Shown here: positions 58,409 to 64,000 of the stretch, piece by piece
Layout: each line of letters opens with the position of its first letter
How positions within the stretch are numbered: position 1 is the stretch's first letter
DNA from: Methanobacteriota archaeon
GTDB taxonomy: Archaea; Thermoplasmatota; Thermoplasmata; RBG-16-68-12
Assembly: GCA_947084985.1 (NCBI GenBank)
Contig: CAMTUI010000011.1
Coordinates: forward strand, 10,355-74,354
Length of the DNA: 64,000 bases
Direction: 5' to 3'
Position numbers and translations under genes: made by a program
Notes under the pieces: model-generated
The model's input: the letters and a program-made list of their open reading frames with translations, nothing else
Told to the model about the DNA's origin: nothing
Databases searched by the model: none

Positions 58409-59803
58409 TCAGTACGCCTTCGCGGCGTACACGAACTGTCTCGCCGCGTCGCCGCAGACCACGCACGTACCCTCGAACGACTCCGGAAAGAATGGCGTCC
58501 CGAGGACGCTCATCGACGTCCGCTCGGTAATCGTCTTGCTGCACGTTTCCTTTCCGCACCAGCCCAAGCGGTTGAATCCATCCTTCACTTCGTTGAGGGA
58601 GGTGACCGTGAACGTGTTCGCCTGGATGATCTTCTCCGCGCGCTCCCACATCGCGACCTGCATGAGCTCCAGGACGGACCGCAGCCGCTCGGGCAGGCCC
58701 TCCCGGGGCAAGTCCTTCTTCTCCCCGTTGTCCCGCCGGATCACGGTGACTGCGCTGCGCTCGATCTCCCGCGGGCCCAGCTCGATCCGGAGTGGCACGC
58801 CCCGCGCCTCCCAGTAGTAATACTTCTCTCCCGGCCGGATGTCCCGGTCGTCTAGCTTCACGCGGATCAGGTACCGGAGATCGAGGAACAACCGCTGTGC
58901 CTCTCGGAGCATCTCCTCCTGGCGGCCCTTCTCAAGGATCGGGACGATGACCGCCTGTACGGGTGCCGCGGCGGGCGGGAGGACGAGCCCCTTCTCGTCC
59001 CCGTGGACGGAGAGGACCGCGCCGAGGAGCCGCTCGCTCATCCCGTCCGTCGTCTGATAGACGTACTTGTGCTCGCCCGTCTCCGTCTCGTACGTGACGT
59101 CGTACACTTTCGCGAAGTTGTCCATGTACTGATGGAACGTCGCGAGCTGGAGGGAGCGCCCCGATGGAAGCAGGGTGTCCGCGCCCAGGCTGTAGAAGGC
59201 CCCGGGGAACTTGTCCCAGTCCGGCCGCTTCGAGATGATGTACGGCAGGGCGAGGAGCCGCATGATCCGCTCGTGCATCTGCAGGTCCTCCTGAATCTGC
59301 TGCTCCGCATCCTCGAACGTCGCGTGCGCCGTGTGGGCCTCGAAGAAGTGAATCTCCCGCACGCGCATGAACGTCCGCGTCATCTTCGTCTCGTAGCGGA
59401 AGACGGGGACGATCTGGTAGACCTTGAGCGGCAGATCCGCGTGGCTGCGGATCCAGAGCTTGAACATCGGGTACATGGCCGTCTCGGACGTCGGCCGGAG
59501 CACGAGCTTCACGTCAAGCTCATTGAAACCGCCGCGGGTCACCCAGAACACGTCGCCCTCGAATCCTTTGACGTGGTCCGCCTCCTTCTTGAACTCCGTC
59601 TCCGGGATGAGCACGGGGAAGTTGACTTCCCCATGGCCGGTGGTGTCGAACTCGTCGCGGATCGCCTGGTCGATCAGCTTCATGACGGCCCAGCCGTACG
59701 GCCGCCAGACGTTCATCCCTTTGATCGGGTAGCGCTTGTCGCTGAGTTCCGCTCGCTCGATGAGCTCATTGTACCAATCGCTGAATTCCTCTTCCTTGCG
59801 CAT
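58409..59803 (-). CDS. proS: Prolyl-tRNA synthetase, archaeal/eukaryotic type
   Basis: FSDWYNELIERAEL..YPIKGM, FRYETK..RVREIHFFEAH, and the C-terminal zinc-binding CVVCG are present. The start is at MRKEEEF (59803). Confidence 0.93.
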   Translation of the reverse strand: MRKEEEFSDWYNELIERAELSDKRYPIKGMNVWRPYGWAVMKLIDQAIRDEFDTTGHGEVNFPVLIPETEFKKEADHVKGFEGDVFWVTRGGFNELDVKLVLRPTSETAMYPMFKLWIRSHADLPLKVYQIVPVFRYETKMTRTFMRVREIHFFEAHTAHATFEDAEQQIQEDLQMHERIMRLLALPYIISKRPDWDKFPGAFYSLGADTLLPSGRSLQLATFHQYMDNFAKVYDVTYETETGEHKYVYQTTDGMSERLLGAVLSVHGDEKGLVLPPAAAPVQAVIVPILEKGRQEEMLREAQRLFLDLRYLIRVKLDDRDIRPGEKYYYWEARGVPLRIELGPREIERSAVTVIRRDNGEKKDLPREGLPERLRSVLELMQVAMWERAEKIIQANTFTVTSLNEVKDGFNRLGWCGKETCSKTITERTSMSVLGTPFFPESFEGTCVVCGDAARQFVYAAKAY

Positions 59804-59841
59804 CGGGATGCGACGGTCAAGCCGGGGGGTCGATAATATCC

Positions 59842-61347
59842 TTACGGTGCGCCGCCTGGCGGCTCCACGAACCGGTTGCCGCAATAGAAGCAGACGAGGT
59901 CGTCCACGTTCACCGCCGTGTGACATCGAGGACAGAGTTTCTTGCCAGGGGGCCATGGAACGGTCGTCCCGGCCGCGGGCGGCGGCACGGGAGTCGGAGG
60001 GCTTGTGGCGGGCGGCGATGGCGGCTGAGGCGCAGGCCGACGCGACCGACGCGCGAGCAGGATTCCCACGATCACAAATGCCAGTAGGACCGCGACCACG
60101 AGGACGGCGATCAGGATCGCGTACGGCGTCTGTTGCGTCAAACTGACCATCCTCGAATCGCTCGCGCGGGCGTCGAACGGGTCGACGACATCCACGCGAA
60201 TCCCGACGCCCGTCGCGGCGACATCGGGCGGTGTCCACACGACGGACGTCTGACCGACGGCGCCATCCACGATCGTCGTGTTCGATCCACTGATCGTGAC
60301 GTTGACCCAAACCCGCAGGTCCTGCGAGCGGAAGATGTCATCCGACATCGACCACGTGATTGTGAACGGTGCGGCCGAGGCGATCGCCTGACCTTGCACG
60401 GGCGAGGTGATCGCCACCGTGGGCGCCTCGTTCGGCGGGAGACCCGGTTCCATCGCGACGCGGAAGTCGCTCGGGTCGTTCGTGTCCGTGCAAGAGGGGA
60501 AGCGCTCGAGGATTCGGCCGACCCCCGGTGCTGGAACATCCGGGAGGATCGTGTTTCCCGGCTCCCAGTACAGCGTACCGCCCACGGTCGCGTTGAACTC
60601 GACCCGGTCGACGACGATGTCATGTCCGTTGGCCGTCGCGGTGACTCCCCCCGGATTCCGATATGCGAGCTTGAGCGCGTCTCCTGTGGGAATGAGGAAC
60701 GTCTCGGAGGGCAGGTCGACGCGGACGGTCGCGAGAGGATTCAGGACGCCGACCAAGGACATCGTCGGACCGTCGTAGCGCCCGGGCTCGTTCCTCTGCA
60801 GATAGTAATCCGCAAGGGACACTGCGCCGCTCGTCGGATTGCAGACGAACACGTATTGAGCCCCGCCCCTCGCGGGTCGGGCAACGATTCCTTGGATCTT
60901 GATCGGGAGCGGCGTGGTCGCGAGGGATCCGAGGGTGAGGTCTTGCGTGACCACCGCCCCGGGAGACCAAGCGACCGTCTCGCGAAACACGTCCGTGGAC
61001 GCGCTGAAGTCCCCGGCGGCGAAGATGACATCATCGCCGATGTTCGCGCCCTCCTGGACATCCGGCGTGTCGGAAACGTCCGCGGCGGACATCGAGTTGC
61101 CGACGGTCAGGACGACGAACGACCCCTGCCCCGTCCGCACAGCGGCGCCGTTCGAGTAATCGACGCCATCGACGAACGTCCGGATTGGCGTAGCGAGCGG
61201 CAGCGGGTTGCTGCTGCGATCGAATGCATTCCCCTGTGTCCGCATTGGAATCGGTGGGGGCGCAACCGCAGAAAGAGCGAGGAAGGACGTCAACAGCAGG
61301 AGGGCAATCACCGCGAGGCCGAGGATGCATCTCGTCCGTCGCATCAT
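59842..61347 (-). CDS. Surface protein (signal peptide, LTD/Ig-like ectodomains, TM anchor) with Pro-rich linker and cytoplasmic zinc ribbon
   Basis: It has the signal peptide MMRRTRCILGLAVIALLLLTSFLALSA. A lamin-tail-like segment reads YVFVCNPTSGAVSLADYYLQ. The TM is YAILIAVLVVAVLLAFVIVGILLA, and the tail is PAPQPPSPPATSPPTPVPPP...CPRCH..CFYCG. Confidence 0.75.
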   Translation of the reverse strand: MMRRTRCILGLAVIALLLLTSFLALSAVAPPPIPMRTQGNAFDRSSNPLPLATPIRTFVDGVDYSNGAAVRTGQGSFVVLTVGNSMSAADVSDTPDVQEGANIGDDVIFAAGDFSASTDVFRETVAWSPGAVVTQDLTLGSLATTPLPIKIQGIVARPARGGAQYVFVCNPTSGAVSLADYYLQRNEPGRYDGPTMSLVGVLNPLATVRVDLPSETFLIPTGDALKLAYRNPGGVTATANGHDIVVDRVEFNATVGGTLYWEPGNTILPDVPAPGVGRILERFPSCTDTNDPSDFRVAMEPGLPPNEAPTVAITSPVQGQAIASAAPFTITWSMSDDIFRSQDLRVWVNVTISGSNTTIVDGAVGQTSVVWTPPDVAATGVGIRVDVVDPFDARASDSRMVSLTQQTPYAILIAVLVVAVLLAFVIVGILLARRSRRPAPQPPSPPATSPPTPVPPPAAGTTVPWPPGKKLCPRCHTAVNVDDLVCFYCGNRFVEPPGGAP

Positions 61348-61460
61348 CCCGACCCCGTCGATGCGTGCATCCCAGCGCGCGACGATGTTCCGTTTACTTA
61401 TACGTTTCCCAGATGCGGATGTGCGCCCGTGCTAGACCCCCTCGCTTGGCCCGTCCCGAC

Positions 61461-61472
61461 AAAGGTTTTAAT
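61461..61472 (+). promoter_or_regulatory. BRE/TATA-like box (aaaggttttaat) for the hut/ftcD operon
   Basis: It lies ~39 nt upstream of the ATG at 61507. GGAG lies 5 nt before the ATG, suggesting a short leader. Confidence 0.4.
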
Positions 61473-61506
61473 CCGTCGGCACGTTCGTCGCGCCTCCGGA
61501 GCGCCG

Positions 61507-62406
61507 ATGGTCGAGATCGTCGAATGCGTCCCCAATTTCTCCGAAGGTCGCCGTCCGAACGTCGTGGAGGAGCTCGCCGCCGCCATCGGTTCCGTCCCTG
61601 CGGTTCGGGTCCTGGATCGGGAGATGGACGCTGACCACAATCGGTGTGTGATCACATTCGTTGGGGACCGCCATGGCGTCGCGGAGGCCGCATTCCGGGG
61701 CGCGGAGAAGGCCGTGGAGCTCATCGACATGACCGTGCACAAGGGAGAACATCCACGAGTCGGCGCCCTGGACGTGCTGCCCTTTGTCCCCGTCGCCGGC
61801 GTCACCATGGAGGATTGCGTCGCGCTCGCGCGACATGTGGGCAAGCGAATCGCGGACGAGTTGCGCGTGCCTGTCTATCTGTACGAGGCCGCCGCAACCC
61901 GCCCGGACCGTCGCGCCCTCCCAGACGTCCGGCGCGGCGAGTACGAAGGACTCAAGGTCGAGATCGAGACAAATCCGGATCGCAAGCCCGACTTCGGGCC
62001 GTCGAAGATTCATCCCACCGCGGGGGCGTGCATCGTCGGCGCGCGTCCCGTCCTGATTGCGTGGAACGTGAACCTCCGGACGACAGACGTGGGCGTCGCG
62101 AGGCGAATCGCGAAGGCCATCCGGGAAAGCGATGGCGGTCTACCGGCGGTGCGCGCGAAGGGCTTCGAGCTTGCGGACCGCGGGCTCGTTCAGGTGTCGA
62201 TGAACATGGTGGACTATCACAAGACCTCCCTCGCGCAAGCCTTCGAGGCAATCCGTGCGCTCGCGGCGAAGGAAGACGTAGAGATCGAGGAGAGCGAGAT
62301 CATCGGACTCGTGCCGCTCGACGCCTTGGTAGACGGCGCGACCCAATACTTCAAGCTCGCTCGGTTCCATCGCGAGCAAATCCTGGAGACGCGGCTGTGG
62401 GAGTGA
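61507..62406 (+). CDS. Glutamate formimidoyltransferase (FtcD N-terminal-domain type)
   Basis: VECVPNFSEGR, DHNRCVITFVG and HPRVGALDVLPFVP are present. Only the last 299 codons of the 757-aa track ORF are used. Confidence 0.9.
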   Translation: MVEIVECVPNFSEGRRPNVVEELAAAIGSVPAVRVLDREMDADHNRCVITFVGDRHGVAEAAFRGAEKAVELIDMTVHKGEHPRVGALDVLPFVPVAGVTMEDCVALARHVGKRIADELRVPVYLYEAAATRPDRRALPDVRRGEYEGLKVEIETNPDRKPDFGPSKIHPTAGACIVGARPVLIAWNVNLRTTDVGVARRIAKAIRESDGGLPAVRAKGFELADRGLVQVSMNMVDYHKTSLAQAFEAIRALAAKEDVEIEESEIIGLVPLDALVDGATQYFKLARFHREQILETRLWE

Positions 62407-63023
62407 AGGAACAGACCGTCGAGGAATTCCTCTCGGCCGTAGCCGCTGCCACGCCAACGCCGGGAGGAGGGAGCGTTGCGGCCCTCGCGGGCGCGCTCTC
62501 TGTCGCCCTAAGCCGCATGGTTGCGGGCCTCGCACGCGGCAAGACCGGGTACGAAGCCGTCCAAGACGACCTCGCGCGAATCGAGGAGCAGGCGGTTCCG
62601 ATCCAGGAGCGCCTTCGCCTCCTCGTCGACGAAGATTCCGCGGCGTACCAGCTCGTCGTCTCTGCGATGCGAATGCCGAAGACGACGGAAGGAGAGAAGG
62701 CCGCACGGGTGGAAGCCATGCAAGCGGCGTATCGCGAGGCCACGAAGGTCCCGCTCGAGACCGTCGAACGGGGCGTCGAGGCACTTGAACTCGCCAAGGA
62801 GGCTGCGGAGAAGGGTAACCGCAGTGCATTCACGGACTGCGGCGTCGCGGTCCTTCTTGCGGAGGCTGCGATCCGTGGCGCGAGCCTCAACGTTCGGGTG
62901 AACCTCGCATCGATCAGGGACGAGTCGTTCCGCTCGTCCGTCGAGGAGAAGCTGGACGATCTCCTTGCGCGGGCGCAGTCGCTCGGACACGATGCGATGG
63001 CGATCATCGAGCGACGACTCTAG
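62397..63023 (+). CDS. Formimidoyltetrahydrofolate cyclodeaminase family protein
   Basis: FLSAVAAATPTPGGGSVAALAGALSVALSRMV is the cyclodeaminase/cyclohydrolase signature. The GTG start (62397 or 62403) overlaps the upstream stop. Confidence 0.85.
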   Translation: MGVKEQTVEEFLSAVAAATPTPGGGSVAALAGALSVALSRMVAGLARGKTGYEAVQDDLARIEEQAVPIQERLRLLVDEDSAAYQLVVSAMRMPKTTEGEKAARVEAMQAAYREATKVPLETVERGVEALELAKEAAEKGNRSAFTDCGVAVLLAEAAIRGASLNVRVNLASIRDESFRSSVEEKLDDLLARAQSLGHDAMAIIERRL

Positions 63024-63096
63024 TCTCTCTCGACACCAAGCGGTCATTTCGGAACCATAGCGTCGAAGTCCTCCAGGCAAGCGGCAATTGCGAAGC

Positions 63097-63103
63097 ATTT
63101 TAG
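63097..63103 (+). promoter_or_regulatory. TATA-like box (attttag) for hutU
   Basis: It lies ~29 nt upstream of the ATG at 63130. Confidence 0.4.
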
Positions 63104-63129
63104 GCGCCTCACCCCATTCGTCGCCGTCA

Positions 63130-64000
63130 ATGGAACGAATCAAGGCGGCTCGGGGTCCGACCCTGCGGTGCAGAGGATGGCGCCAGGAGGCGATCCTGAG
63201 AATGCTCGAGAACAACCTCGAGAACGCGGAGAAGCCGGACGAGCTGATCATCTACGGCGGCACGGGCAAGGCCGCGCGGAACTGGGACGCGTTCCATCGG
63301 ATCGTCAACACCCTGAAGGGCCTCGGGGACGACGAGACTCTCCTGGTCCAGAGCGGCAAGCCCGTGGCGGTTTTCAAGACGCATCCGGACGCCCCGCGCG
63401 TCCTGATCGCGAACGCACATCTCGTGCCGAAGTGGTCGAACTGGGAAACGTTCTACGAGCTCGAGAAGCTCGGGCTCACGATGTACGGGCAGATGACCGC
63501 GGGCGGGTGGTCCTACATCGGCTCGCAGGGGATCGTGCAGGGCACGTACGAGACGTTCGCGGCCTGCGCGCGGAGGCATTTCGGCGGCTCCCTCCGCGGG
63601 CGGTTCGTCCTGACGGGAGGCATGGGCGGCATGGGAGGCGCACAGCCGCTCGCGATCAAGATGAACGAGGGCGTGTGCCTCGACGTCGAGGTCGACGAGG
63701 AACGCATCAAGCGTCGCTTGGCGAACGGGTACTGCGACAAGATCGTTTACGATCTCGACGAAGCGCTGGAGATGGCCCTGGACGCCCGGGGATCCGGCAC
63801 GCCGATGTCGATCGGCCTCGTGGGGAACTGCGCGGACGTCCACCCGGAGCTCTTCCGGCGCGGCATTCGGCCGGATGTCGTCACGGACCAGACGAGCGCA
63901 CACGACCTCCTCGGCGGCTACATCCCCCGCGGCCTCACGGTGCAGAAGGCAGCGGAGCTCCGCGCCAGTGATCCGAAGGAGTACCTCCGCAGATCGAAGG
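63130..64000 (+). CDS. hutU: Urocanate hydratase, N-terminal 290 aa (3' end outside window)
   Basis: My own translation of frame 1 from the ATG at 63130 is open to the window end and is not in the supplied track. It reads [106 protein letters not shown]. Confidence 0.9.
   Translation, partial: MERIKAARGPTLRCRGWRQEAILRMLENNLENAEKPDELIIYGGTGKAARNWDAFHRIVNTLKGLGDDETLLVQSGKPVAVFKTHPDAPRVLIANAHLVPKWSNWETFYELEKLGLTMYGQMTAGGWSYIGSQGIVQGTYETFAACARRHFGGSLRGRFVLTGGMGGMGGAQPLAIKMNEGVCLDVEVDEERIKRRLANGYCDKIVYDLDEALEMALDARGSGTPMSIGLVGNCADVHPELFRRGIRPDVVTDQTSAHDLLGGYIPRGLTVQKAAELRASDPKEYLRRSK

Noticed and set aside
60133-61506. N-terminal 458 codons of the 757-aa plus-strand ORF 60133..62406.
   Set aside because: It is antisense to the surface-protein gene and R/D/G-rich. 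Formimidoyltransferase homology begins at the ATG at 61507, which has its own promoter box and SD.

Overview
This is a high-GC archaeal chromosome segment (my hand counts of local samples give about 60% G+C). The archaeal assignment rests on these genes: flap endonuclease FEN1; archaeal-type AspRS, TyrRS and ProRS; ApgM; ThyX; digeranylgeranyl-lipid reductase; a COG1964 radical-SAM protein of the tetraether-lipid-synthase family; and TATA/BRE-like boxes 25-35 nt upstream of many start codons, which suggests mostly leaderless or short-leader transcripts. The peptide/polyamine ABC importers, hut genes and H+-PPase fit a peptide-degrading, possibly Thermoplasmatota-like organism, but that is inference only. 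The window is densely coding. I call about 65 CDS, and I found no rRNA, tRNA or CRISPR array by eye.

Gene order:
- Polyamine-type ABC transporter, H+-PPase, apgM and a DUF62 SAM hydrolase.
- A 764-aa coiled-coil protein, a SnoaL-like protein, a repeat-domain surface protein and an orphan HNH nuclease.
- ACT protein, aspS, mscS, GGR and terC.
- A decayed HsdS plus IS6-like remnant.
- A ferredoxin plus Tes-like radical-SAM pair.
- Two divergent DUF72 paralogs, then fen1.
- A five-gene Opp/Dpp ABC operon whose second ATPase carries a membrane insertion.
- Two orphan genes flanked by a thrice-repeated palindrome, then an EamA transporter.
- A TM/coiled-coil/KaiC-like protein, bcp and thyX.
- A zinc-ribbon/TPR cluster and an aldo-keto reductase.
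- An accessory stretch at about 45.4-52.5 kb: deleted aminotransferase pseudogene, wHTH-NB-ARC-TPR STAND NTPase, an SD-coupled micro-operon with a 23-aa hydrophobic peptide, and a repeat-bracketed low-GC membrane gene plus vapBC.
- MFS transporter, tyrS, trm5/taw2-like, proS, surface proteins, and ftcD-like/cyclodeaminase/hutU.

All family assignments are motif recognition by eye on the supplied translations. No database search was run. Many long ORFs in the track are antisense artefacts of high GC and were rejected.
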